From: Selaginella moellendorffii
Lineage: Eukaryota; Plantae; Lycopodiophyta
Assembly (NCBI RefSeq): GCF_000143415.4
Contig: NW_003314312.1
Coordinates: forward strand, 315,261-379,260
Direction: 5' to 3'
DNA length: 64,000 bases
The translations under genes and the position numbers were made by a program. Each line of letters starts with the position of its first letter. Within the stretch, counting starts at the first letter, position 1. Positions 1 to 12,023 of this stretch are shown piece after piece. Below the pieces are notes generated by a model that made no database searches, was not told the origin of the DNA, and saw only the letters and a program-made list of their open reading frames with translations.

Positions 1-1266
1 ATATGATTTTTCAAACTTCATAAGAAATCAAAGAGGTAATTTGGGGTTCAATTGATGAGGCTTTACCAGCAAATAATCTATTGTCTCGACAATGCAAGAG
101 TATGTATTATTGGTTAAAAGGAGATTTACATAGATTGCACAAAGACTTTAACCCTTGGAAATTAAGATCCAACTAACATCATAGAGATCTAGGTGGGATG
201 CCTGACGTTAACCCACACCAAATGAAGGCACATTGTGGTGTGATACCATGTAGTTGGCTCTATGAGTTTATAATTTATAAACTTTTTTAAACTGCCATAA
301 TCCACATTTCAATTTCAGGTTATAAGATTCAAGTGGAAAAACTTCTTTATCCTTGCAAAGGTATTGATTGTTGGGGATGTTCTAATTTGTGCAAAGTCCG
401 ATTGCTTTGGCCATTCATCTTTCTTAATCACCTCAATGGTTCAATTTGAGAGACAAGAGCACACGCCTCGAATCCAGGAGAGGAATTAAGCTTTACTAAG
501 TGACAGACAGAAAGTAGAAGAAAGGAAAGCCTCCATTTTTATTTACAAACGGATTGTTTGAGATAATCTTTGGATATCTCAATTGCACAATTGGACGAAG
601 TGAACCACATTCTAGGAGTGCTAAACAAGCTAAGTGAGGAGGGCAGCATCAAGAATGATTTGGTGGTATGGGACTGCCTTTGCACAAAACTCATAGTTTT
701 GGGTTCGGGTTTATTTAAACCCTAAACCCTAAACTTAACCCTTGGGATTTTGAACAAAGTTACTTAGTAATTCCTGATAATAAGCACAGAATAACACTAA
801 AATAATTCTAGAACATTTAAAATCCTAATGCTAAAAGTAATACACAAAATGTAACCAAATGAACATTGAAGAAAGAGAAAAAATGTTAGTTTTACTTACA
901 ATACAATATCAAACTCTCCAGCTTTGCGTAAGTTGAATCTCTTTCTATTCCCTGATACCATCATCATTGATAACAAGATACCTCGGTGTCACTGTAAATC
1001 CCAGCCACATTTCAAGCCTGGCAAAACAAATTCCCCCACTCTATGATCCATATACTTCATTGGATGTCCATCTGCAAATTACTGCTCCTAAGTCATATTT
1101 CCAGATGCTGACGTCTCTCTCACTTTAGAGCACACTCAGAAACTGGCAGAGATCTATAAATTGCCTAAGTTTTTTCTGCAAGCAGCTTCGTCGTTCCTTC
1201 ACCCCGAGTCATCTGTTTGAGAATGGTTTAAGTAACAGAACTTTCAAAATAGATTACCTGTTGTGG

Positions 1267-2685
1267 CTAAGAAACTTTAAATGGATCAATGGCAGCCAAG
1301 AAAATGTAGCATCCTCCATCTTGTACTTCTTTTTTCTCTAGAGCCAACTTTGATGCTTGAGCTCCCTCTTTGAAATCGTTCCAGCTCTTGCAAGCTCCTA
1401 AGAAATTCTTCCAGTCGGAGCTATCTGGCACAAAAGGCATGCTTTCCATCAAATCCCGAGCTCCACACAAATTGTTGGAGCGAGCGAGGACATCTGCAAA
1501 GCTCCTGTGATGGTACTTGGATAGCTTGACACCAAAATCCAGGCTTATCGACTGGAAACGAAGCCTTGCATCCGAGATTTCTCCGCCATGGCTGCAAGCG
1601 TAGAGAACAGCGAGCAAAGTAACCTCGTCAAGATCATGAGCGTTCAAGTTCGCTTCTGCAAAAAATGAATTTGCTTCGACAAATTGCCCAGCTTGAGCAA
1701 GTGCAGTTAAAACAATGTTAACGGAAGTAGTGTTCTTTTCAGGCATTTGATTGAACAAATGTTTTAGAAAATCTACATGAGAATTCACGTTTGATCCCAG
1801 AAATAAGTTTGCAGACACTACGTTTTTCACAGGCAGAGAATAATAGAGCAGCTTTGCTTGTTTGAAATGCCCATTTGAAATATACGCTGTAAGCAAGCAA
1901 TTCCAAGAGACAAGATTCCACTCAGGCATTTGTAAGAAAATTTTTACCGCAAAACTCATTTGGTTTTCCTTGGAAAACGCATGAAGAACTGTCGTGTACG
2001 AAACGATGCTCTTGTACCTCATAGAATCAAAAAAGTCTTTACAACGTAGCAAATACCCAGATCGGGCATATGCCAAAAGCATCACGTTTGTGGCGATTAG
2101 ATCCACCTCGGGCATGCTATGGAACAGAGAAATCGCGCCTGGAAGATCGCGAAAGAGTGCGAATCCTGAAAGCGCAGTTGTGAGAGAGATTAGATTTCTC
2201 TCCGGCATTGAATCGAGCAAGCGCTTGAGCTGGATAGATTCCCCACAAGCGGCAACTGCAGATAGGATGTGACAAAAGGAAACGAGACTTCTCTCTGGCA
2301 TCAAATCGAAGAATTGCTCCACCGTTTCCAGATCCTTGGAGCCGCGGGAGTACGCGAGCAACATCGAATTCCACGAGATGATGTTTCGCAGCGGCATGGA
2401 ATCGAAGAGGCGCTTGGCGGTGTCCACGAATCTCTCTTCTTCGCTCCTGGCATACGCGGCGATGATCGTGTTCCAGGAGATGAGATTTGGAGCTAGGTGG
2501 CGATCGAAGACTTGCTTGGCACGACCAACATCGCCATTTCGCGCGTAGGCCGCTAGCAGTGCGTTCCAGGCCTGGGGATTCTTCTCCGGCATTCGATTGA
2601 ATACTTGCTCTGCCGCGACAAGATCGTGGCTGCGAGACAATTGGGTGATCTTCATCACCGAAACGATCGCATCACTGGATGCCAT
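1267..2685 (-). CDS. PLS/E-class pentatricopeptide repeat protein (PPR gene A), intronless
   Basis: Tandem ~31-aa repeats (FDSMPERNLISWNxxLxAYA) and an E-like C-terminus (VLYACSHGG...MPFVPDSSDWKNFLGAC). No DYW domain. First ATG at 2685. Confidence 0.9.
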   Translation of the reverse strand: MASSDAIVSVMKITQLSRSHDLVAAEQVFNRMPEKNPQAWNALLAAYARNGDVGRAKQVFDRHLAPNLISWNTIIAAYARSEEERFVDTAKRLFDSMPLRNIISWNSMLLAYSRGSKDLETVEQFFDLMPERSLVSFCHILSAVAACGESIQLKRLLDSMPERNLISLTTALSGFALFRDLPGAISLFHSMPEVDLIATNVMLLAYARSGYLLRCKDFFDSMRYKSIVSYTTVLHAFSKENQMSFAVKIFLQMPEWNLVSWNCLLTAYISNGHFKQAKLLYYSLPVKNVVSANLFLGSNVNSHVDFLKHLFNQMPEKNTTSVNIVLTALAQAGQFVEANSFFAEANLNAHDLDEVTLLAVLYACSHGGEISDARLRFQSISLDFGVKLSKYHHRSFADVLARSNNLCGARDLMESMPFVPDSSDWKNFLGACKSWNDFKEGAQASKLALEKKEVQDGGCYIFLAAIDPFKVS

Positions 2686-2835
2686 CACTTTCTCAGGGAG
2701 GGGCTGCAGGAAGAACGAAAGCTACAAAAGCTCCAACTTTGGAGTCACTGGAAAGACAAGAACGACAGGGGAGACAAGAACGAACGCAGCGGTTCTCAGA
2801 TAGATCACGTCCCTATAGAATGTTCTTTTAACTCT

Positions 2836-3401
2836 ATGCTCTTTTAAGTATATCTTCTTGCAAGATAGCACAGAGAGAAATCTCCACACAAGCTCTACTA
2901 ACAGATAGCAAAGATTTGTACAAGCTTCTCGCGCGCTGTGGAGAGGCCAAAGATCTTCTCCAGGGAAGATACCTCCACACTAGAATCCTTCCAAGCGAGA
3001 TACAAAGCAACGCTCCCAGAACGTTCAAATGTATGGTCGGTGAGGAAGCACGTAAAGTTTTCGAGACCATCAAAGAGAGAACTTTGATCTCATGGACGAT
3101 CATGTTTGGTACATATACCAAAAACGTGGAAGGGAAGTTTCTCTTCAAAAGAATGCCAAAGCGTGATATGGTATCGTGCAATTTTGTGTTAGCTTGGTAT
3201 GCCCATGTAGTTATACTGCTGAAACAGGCACCAGCTTTGAGAAAATGCCTGGGCATGATTTAGTCTCATGGACTTCCATGCTTAAGTTATATGCCCAAAG
3301 TGGGCATCTGTTCAAAGCTAAGTATGTTTGATAGAATGCCATACAGGGATATAGTCTCTTGGAGCACTATGATCAATGCCTTCAGTGAAAACGAGAAATG
3401 G
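2836..3401 (+). pseudogene. 5' fragment of a PPR gene B paralogue (B')
   Basis: Closely matches 12024-~12620 (LYKLLARCGEAKDLLQGRYLH) but has deletions and frameshifts. Homology stops abruptly at AT-rich TE DNA. Confidence 0.9.
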
Positions 3402-6400
3402 AGTAGAAAGTTGGTTGAGTTTTGAGAATTTATATTTTTAAATTGAGAGTTACTATTTCTCTAGGATAAAAAATTTCCATAAGTTTTCTTAAGCCTTTTT
3501 AATAATTGATATGTTAATCATTTTGCCCAAAAATCATTTTGTTTCGAAAGCTATTGTAAACTAGTGAGAAAAAGTTGGAGTTGACTTTGGTTAAATTAGA
3601 CTTTTAAGTAGTTTATATAATATGACTTGAAAGGGATATTAACTTTTGGGGCTAAGGCAATTAAGTTAAATAAAATTTAAAGTTGGTGTAAAAAAGTGGT
3701 TGTTACATTTTTTTAGAAAGTGATCTTTATGCCTTTCTTTTGTAGCGTTATACTTCGTGGTAAGTTGCATATTGTATTTTGTTAAACTTTATGAGAGTAA
3801 TGAGTTTTTGTTGATCTTGACTTGGTCTTAATAGCCTTGGCTAAAGATGATGATATCCAATTTAGTTGTTTGAGGTTGAAGTGTTAGTATCTATATTATA
3901 ACTTTGTTTATTAAAAGGTTATATACCATATGAATCCATTTCATAGTATTTGTTTAGTTTTGACTAAGTGTTGATCATGCATAGTTAATCTCTTCAAGGC
4001 ATATTCAAAGCTATTAGTTAAATGCATTAATGAATTTATTGCAATTGAGTTAGATTCAAATGGTCATTTAGTTTATGCTTGTTTATAAACCTTTATATTG
4101 TACATAAAGTGATAGCTTCTTCTTTGACAAGTACATGACTCAATAATGTGGGTTTAGTGTTTGGGTCTTCTGAAGGCAAGTTAACAAATAATTATTAGTT
4201 GCTTTGTGACTAATGGTTATTTGTAGATTTCATTAAGGACTATTGACACTTGTTTTTCTTAATGATGATTTAATAGTGATGGGCTTGCTTTACCAGATGA
4301 TATTGTGGAGGATTGTGTCTTTATCCTTGCATGGTTTTTTTATGTTAGCATGTCGATTCTACCTTTGTCAATATAATTTAGTTGCATTTAGTTTATAGTG
4401 TTGGATTTTATTCAATCTTGGACGTGGTGAATCACTTTTAATGATGTATTATTTAAAGTTGAATATTATTGAAGGATTAGTTTCAGATACTAAGTATAGT
4501 ATCTTCCACCTTAGTTAACTAGGTTTGAGTGGTGATTCACTTTTAGCTTTGTTTTAGTGTTGAAAGCATTAAAGTGATGCTCTATTGTTGATATTATTGA
4601 TATTAAGATTTAAGTGAAATCAAATGTCTCTTTATAGGATTGCTATTGAGTTTCATTCGTCTCAATACAAATAGTGTTGATGATTTAATTGTAACTTTAT
4701 GTCGTTAACATTTTTGCATTTGTTAATTAGCAACTATATTGGCATTCAAACAAATTGAGTAGTAGGTTGAATTAGTTTTATTCTACATAAGATTGCTTAA
4801 TAGAGGTTGAGATTTAGCTTTTCCTTAAAAAATAGTTTAGTTGTGGACTATGCTGTAAGGAACTAAACTCCTTGAGATATCGTATGCTAAAGGATCCCAA
4901 AATCACAACTAAAACTATAAAGAATTTATTGAAAAGACCAAGTTTGAGATCGAGTCTAAAACTAACTTTGAGATTGAGTTCAAGGCCAAGTCTAAGATTT
5001 GAGATCAAGTTTGGGACTGAGTCTAAGATTAAGTTCAAGACTGAGTCTGAGATCAAGTTCAAAATCAATTTTGAGACCAAGTTGGAATACTAATATAGGT
5101 TATAGAGTGACAACTCAAAACAATCATCTCCTAAGACTCAATCTTAAAAGAATTCTCTAGTGGTGCTTCCAAACTGAGTTGAGGTGGGGATTGGGGGTTA
5201 GTGACCTTACATAGGAATGAGCATGAACTCAAGGGGTGCCAAAAAGGCTTCTCAAAGAAATGCTCAAGACCAACTTTCACTCTTGGAAGGGAAACTGATT
5301 GTGATGCTTTTAACTCATATGAAGTGGTGCCCCACTTAAGTATTATATAACTTATACCACTTGAGTCCTCACTCCTTCTTAGGGGCTTGTGTTTTCCCTT
5401 TGGGAGGAAGTGGGGGAGTAAAGGTACCCATACCAAATTATTAGACCATAGTGTTTTCCTCCCAAGGTTTTAAAGTAAAAGATGCACCTAAGGCTTGGGA
5501 TTTAAGGGTCCCATGATTAAGTCTTATTGTATTAAGGGATGTTAGGAATCATGTTTAGTATACTTAGTTGCTAATGCCTGTGGGGAGTGTAGCCGAATTT
5601 TAAGTTTAGTATAACCCGAAAAAAAGAATTGGGAGAGAATTTAAAGATCCGTGGATAGATGAATAACACCCTATTATTTATGTAGTGAGTAATTGAATTC
5701 AAGTAGAACCAAGTAAGAGCTAGTGCAAGAACTTTGGTGAGGGAATTTAACTGAGACCAAAACAAATATGGTTAGATAGATGAAATAAATTGGTAAATTA
5801 GAAAATGAAAATTTATGCCTTACATCTATTAGCTTTATGAAAGGAAGAGTTAATGATCAATATTGAGCTCCTTATTGTATTTGAATTGAGGATATATTGA
5901 CCATTGGTAAGTCTTATATGCTTCTTATAAAGTGAGTTACGTTGTACTATAAAAGATAAATTCATGGAGGATTTTTTTATCATTTATTGAACATACCTTT
6001 ATTGTGCTTAACTTTTGGATTGATGCAAACATATTCCTCATTAGCATTTATATTATAAAATTTAGCTTATAAATGTTTTAAAAAGGATATTCTAGGTTGT
6101 ATCATAATTTCTTCTTTGGCATTAAAGTTAGTTTATATAAGACTTATAATCATTGTTAAACAAAACTTGACTATAAGCTTCCTTGACCTTCTAATTCTTT
6201 GAGTTTTCATACTCATTTTTCTATTTGTTAAAAGTTGTCAAGGAAGGTATTTTGGGTCAATTAGTTTTGATATTTAAGTTGATATGGCAATTTGAATGAT
6301 TTGCCATTATTCAGAAGGTGGATTACTTCTTTGATGATAATTATGCATCTCTTTATTGATGGAATGATTGATAATCTTTCACAATGGTTAATTGTTATCT

Positions 6401-7750
6401 TTGATATAAATTAACTTTTTGCATTACCATATGTTCTTTGTTGTTTGTTTTAGATTGGTATCTTGGGTTTGTTTGAGCAACTTAAATTTTTTTAGTATTG
6501 TTAAGGGGGATTTATTTAGATTGGTTAATGCAATGTTGTTGATTTTATTGCATTTATTTTGTTCTATTGATTGTTGCTATGGTTAATTTTGATAGATTGG
6601 ATATAATTTCCTTTAAATGATACATTTGCAAGCATTTTACTTGCTAGTTAATAATACTTTATGTTATTTAAATTGTCTTTCATAAGTTATTTGGCATGTT
6701 ATCTACAATCTTTGGTAGTTAAGTTTTATAATTGAATTTACTTGATAATATACTTGCTATTGAATTTTGTTAGATGGTTACTCTTGTGCTTTGTAAACTC
6801 TAATGATCTTGGTGGTTCCTATAATCCTAGTTTATCAAATGATAACTTTATTAGAATACTTTTTTGTTATAATATATGCATAATTCATTGATAATTTAAT
6901 TTCTAAAATATCATTATCTATGGCTTTGTTATTGCCTATCTTTTACTCTTTGGGTTTGGACTAGTATAAGGAAATTGGCTTCAGCACTTCGTGTGTATAG
7001 TAAAATCTTTAATCATTGGATAGTTATTATCAACTAATCATATAATATACCTTTCTCTCAATGTTCTTTATTCCATTAAAAGGGCATGACTGTATAAACA
7101 ATTCTCACTTCCTATTTATAGTAGTTTATCTAAACTTTACTGATAGGTTTGGTTTGTTTTTTTAGGAAGGTTAGGGCCTTTAGTTTCTCTATGTCATCTA
7201 TGAGCAAAGATATATCATCTTTTGTAAGCTAAATGACACTCAAAGTAGCAAAGATGGCTGACTTCATTGGTCGTTTCTTTGTCAGTGACAACCAAAAGGT
7301 GTCTGAGTTGGAGCACATTTGCATTAGACAAAGAGGTTACCCTTAACTCATTTAAGTTAGTGCATTTCTCATATAAGTATGAACATTATGAAGTTTTTCT
7401 GGAATTGTTTCGTTGACAATGGTATAGACTAGAGTATGCATTGATGAGGATATGGATTTTTTCTATAAAGGGGGAGAGTGTTGTGAATGTGATTGCGGGT
7501 ATAAAAAATTAGCAATTGGTGAGAGTTTTCAAATATTATTTCTTTACTGCTAGGATAGCAAAAGATTAATATTGTTGGGCCCTTTATCAAACCCTCTTAT
7601 GTTAGTGGAGTTAGCTCGGCATTTTGAGTATACTTAGACCAGACGAGCATAAGTACAAAATTCCTATATATTATTAACTAAGCATACTTAGCCTGGTAAA
7701 GAGTTTCTGTCTCTTTGTGTCTTGCACTAGCTAGTGACAAAAACCCTTGC
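3402..7750 (+). mobile_element. Heavily decayed, probably Copia-type LTR retrotransposon
   Basis: AT-rich and stop-riddled. Polypurine tract AAAGGGGGAGAG is followed by TGTTG at 7467-7483. Only faint gag/protease/RT-like remnants. Boundaries approximate. Confidence 0.45.
4854..5824 (-). mobile_element. Old solo LTR, same family as 19367-20570, inverted
   Basis: Starts TGTAAGGAACTAAACTCC and ends GCCTTACA. Aligns to the reverse complement of 19367-20570, including the degenerate 12-bp repeat array. No clean TSD. Confidence 0.8.
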
Positions 7751-10129
7751 ATATTAAAATTAATCCTTAATATTGCCAAATGATAGCTTACCATATCTAT
7801 TAAACACCCTTACTATCATACCTTAAATGTTGGTTTCATTCAGTCTCATTAGCTATTTATGGAAAATGACAAATATTGTTTTAAACATGATAGTGTTATT
7901 TCTGTATCCAAATTCACAATTTAACACCATTTAATATTTAGTAAGTTTTCGTGATTGTCCTAGAAACAAACTTCTAGGATTGAGGTGAAAGCCCAAAGTG
8001 TGCATTCTTTTAGAGGGGGTGGTTGGAACAGGAATATCAAGATACCAAGTTGAAACAGAATCTTCAACATCACCAATGTTTTATGGTTTCATAAGTGATG
8101 AAGCACAAGTAAATTAGTGAGCTATTAAAATTGTCTACAATGATAGTCTAGGCAAGGTTTTAGTTAGCCGAGAGAGGAGTTGCCTTTCTCCATTGAGAGT
8201 AGAGTTTACATGAATATACGGAGAAATGCATATGAGTTAAATACCATGATGAACATAAATAGTTGTGCCAGAGTTTAAAAACTATAAACACTTTAGAAAA
8301 TGTAAAAAAGCAGTATAAGTTCATATATTTATGATGGGCTAAAGGTAATGTTTATGAGAAAGCAATTCCAAGACTACATACTTAACTAACATGGTGGTTT
8401 ATTTGTTTTCCACATTAAGGGACTTTAGTTATTTCTCAAGTGAATAAGTATTAGCATTGATTTTTTTTATTAATTTTCTTTCTATTGTAGATAAGTTCTG
8501 AAACAATTGCTACCCAAATTCCAACAACAAATCTTATTGAGAGTTACTATGCAATATAGCTAGCAAAAATAAGTAGCTTTAAACGTGTATCTCTATTTGA
8601 AGATTGCTAAAATGACTTAGTCATTTCTATTTTACAACAAACCTTTATGCATGCTTATATGAAAGGCTAGGTTATAAGAAATGGACCAAATCTTGAAGAT
8701 TTAGTGGCATGCTTATTTATTACAACATTGATATGACCTTCTAGTCATAAGCTCACAGAGGTGATAGGATCAACTTTATATGATCTTAAAATTTGATTTG
8801 TTATAAAACTAATTAGGAGCCTTGAAACTATTAGAAGGAAGCAATAAACAAATAAGCTAATACAACTGATAGATTCACACTGTTCTAAGTACAAGTATGT
8901 TACTAAAGAACAAAGAGGACTAGTGCTTCTGAGCAACCAAGAACTTAAGTACTTCTAAGTCAAAGAATAAAATATTCATAAAATTGAGTGGGATATATGC
9001 TAATCTAGAGCAAGATTTGTAGTTAATTGTTTTGCTTGGATTGGAGGAAAATTATGTGTTAAGCAAATTATTATAAGAACCTTACACACTCCAACACCTT
9101 GTTTTTGGGGATGATAACAATATGGTGATCCTTCACAACATTGTAATCAGTTCATATGGTTCTATCCAATAGAATTTTTGCACACATTGTCTATTGCAAC
9201 ACAAATTATCCAAAAACTTGCACCATATATTTAGTCAATTGAAGAAAGGGTGAACTTGATGAATTTGGAGCTTCAAGCTTTGGTTGAAGCAAGCTTTAAA
9301 TTTGAAAAAAATATTTTACAACCATAAACTTAACCTCAACACTATTCTCAAGAAGTTCTAAAAATAAAAAACAATAAACATGTGAAGATTACAAATATTT
9401 GGTCAAATAAAGTAAAAATAACATACTCAAAAGCATTACAATTGAAGGCAGAAGTTAAGAGTGTCAGCATACAGTTCTTAGTTATAAAACTAATACTGTA
9501 AACATGAAGGTTTACAATATCACAATCAATTAGTTTTCAAATTGCACTTGCACATACTTCTTTCAATGTTAGACTTTTAGTAAGTCCTCATCCCTTGTAA
9601 GTATGTATTTTGTATATTATATGCTTCTTGGGATGGATTCAAATATTAAACTTTGGATTTATCACTTTGCAATATCTTAATATGAGGTGTTCATGACATT
9701 GAAAAAAAAAAAAGATATTGGTATTGTATTTGAATTTAATATACTATAAATAATTTTTGTATTTATAAATTACATCTAAAATAACATATAGCATGGGATT
9801 TTATGTAATAATAATAAATTTAATATAAATATACATTATAAATTAGAGGATTCTTACCTAAATAATTAGTATAAATAACAATTATTAATTATTAAAATAA
9901 TAATTTCTTCTGTAAACGAGTTGATAAGGTATTAAATAGCAACTATTGCTACTAAGATTAGATACTGGTAGTTTACACAAATCTAAATATGAATAAAATT
10001 ATTAATTTGGTTTAAAATACCTATTTAATAAAAATATTGACACTAAAATCTTAACAGAATATTCTTTAGTGTACCAGAATATTCTTAAAATATTCTTGGC
10101 TCCTACTGGCAAATCCATAAGTCTTGTCA

Positions 10130-10505
10130 TTTGAACACTCCCACTAGAGTTGAACAGGTGATGTTGCTTGCCTGGATTATGCATGGTTCAAAGCCATCAA
10201 CCACATGGTCTCACTGTAACTGCTAGATCATTTTGTAATTCACATGGCCAATTGCACTTGAGGTTTGCATATATGCAGCTCCCCCTAAAGATGAACTTGT
10301 AGTAACTATCATCATAGCTAGTAGCTTCCTTGGGACACAAACTTTGCAATCCAAACAACTATTCTATCTAGCTTGCAGAAGCCATATATCCAACCTTTGA
10401 ATGTATGATCACCACGAAACTCCAAGTCAAATCCTTGTTCCATCATTTGTCCAAGGGACACTAAGGAATGTTGAGCCTTAGAAATATACCACACATGCTT
10501 GACTG
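10130..10505 (-). mobile_element. Copia protease C-terminal / GAG-pre-integrase remnant
   Basis: KHVWYISKAQHSLVSLGQMMEQGFDLEFRG, followed by AIGHVNYK and EPC...GKQH, the integrase Zn-finger region, with frameshifts. Confidence 0.7.
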
Positions 10506-10567
10506 TGGAAACTGTGGAGCAATTCTTCAATTTGAAGCGAGAGAGAAGTCTCGTTTCTTGCCTATCT
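10506..10567 (+). pseudogene. Displaced, inverted piece of PPR A'
   Basis: TGGAAACTGTGGAGCAATTCTTCAATTTG... encodes ETVEQFF..ERSLVS. This continues gene A directly after the SKDL point where A' stops at 11593. Confidence 0.85.
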
Positions 10568-10568
10568 A

Positions 10569-11592
10569 TGTTAGAGCCATGTGGTGTACAAAGTCTGAAT
10601 TCAGTTTTTCTTTGCCATTTCTTGAGAGCCATTGGAAAGGTTTGTTCTGGGAGTGTCTTCAAGGCTGAGAGGTCTTCACATGGTATCAAAGGAATGGTCA
10701 GAATTTTTTGGCACGGTAATGCCTTAAATGCTAGGACAGGATGGCATCCTTTTCAGAGTAGTTCAATGGATTAATTTCCTTTCCTTGGATAGTTCTGGTT
10801 TATGAGGTGGGGATTTTGGCCCATGGTATCTGAAACGAGAAAATGCTCACTAAAGGATGACAACATTGATCAATACAATGAATGGCATGATCTAGATGCC
10901 AGGGCAAATGGAGCTTTAGGAGGAGGACTTGGCCCTCTTTAGAGTGTCCATGTGAATGTGGAAAAGACTTCTACTCACAATTGGGCTAGAATTTGTGAAA
11001 TTATGGGAATGGATCTGCAAGAGGATGTAGACATGATTCTTCATCACAGTGAACTCTACAGCTTGGAGTAGCAACCCAATGGGCAAGTACAAAATTACAT
11101 CACTCGACTCCAGTGTAAGGTGGTGGAGAGTCAGCTGTTCGATCTAGATGGCAGTGTCACAGATCAAGAGTTAAATGCAGTTCTTTTTAAAGGACTTGCA
11201 ACTCGTGCTATGAAATCTCATCTTCTATATATCAAGAAAATTACAGACATCACCCACCGGGAGACTTTTGCTGAACTCATGCAACATGAGAAGACCCTTG
11301 TAGGTGAAGGCAGGAGCTCTATTTTCAATCAACTTGGAAATAAGCACTCCAATAGCATGAAGGAAAAACCAGGAATCAAGCAAAAATTCAACTTGAAGTG
11401 CGGGACAAGTTGAAAGTGTGGGCATGTCAAGAGGCAAAGTTGAAAGCTGAGCGTGGATCTTCCTCTTGCAGCACCACATTTAACAATTGACACTGAGATG
11501 ATGGCGACAACAAAGACTTCCGCTGCAGCCAACGGCTTGTCATGGATGACTCAAGGAGCAGTGTTTGGCTGGATTCAGCAGCAATAACGGGC
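10569..11592 (+). mobile_element. 5' half of a Copia element: short LTR, PBS, gag, start of protease
   Basis: TGTTAG...TTCACA (10569-10680), then tRNA-Met-type PBS TGGTATCAAAG. Gag-like ORF at 11120-11413, degenerate Zn knuckle near 11400, protease motif WLDSAA near 11570. Confidence 0.75.
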
Positions 11593-11945
11593 CAGATCCT
11601 TGGAGCTGCCGGAGTACGCGAGCAACATCGAATCCCACGAGATGATGTTTCGGCATGGAATCGAAGTGGCGCTTGGCGGTGTCCACGAGTCTCTCTTCTT
11701 CGCTCCTGGCATAAGTGGCGATGATCGTGCTCCAGGAGATGAGATTTGGAGCTGGGTGGCCATCGAAGACTTGCTTGGCGCGACCAACATCGCCATTTCG
11801 CGCGTAGGCCGCTAGCATTGCATTCCAGGCCTGGGGATTCTTCTCCGGCATTCGATTGAATGCTTGCTCTGCCGCGACAAGATCGTGGCTGCGAGACAAT
11901 TGGGTGATCTTCATCACCGAAGCGATCGCATCACTGGACGCCAGC
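11593..11945 (-). pseudogene. 5' fragment of a PPR gene A paralogue (A')
   Basis: Near-identical to 2330-2685, with the ATG changed to CTG, a frameshift, and truncation at SKDL. Confidence 0.9.
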
Positions 11946-12023
11946 TCTTTCGAATCACTCCATATCTTTCTTTCTTCTTAGATAGTTTGAAAGAACAGTT
12001 CCCTATAGAATGTTCTTAGCTCT

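Noticed and set aside
1-700. Possible decayed transposase
   Set aside because: No ORF or diagnostic motif could be read.
697-743. GGGTT/CCCTAAA telomere-like repeats in opposing orientation
   Set aside because: Only 2-3 degenerate units. Too short to call an interstitial telomere or a fusion site.
7750-10100. Further decayed TE fragments (minus-strand PBS-like GATACCA at 8041; weak integrase-like text near 8200)
   Set aside because: Too degenerate to assign a family or boundaries.
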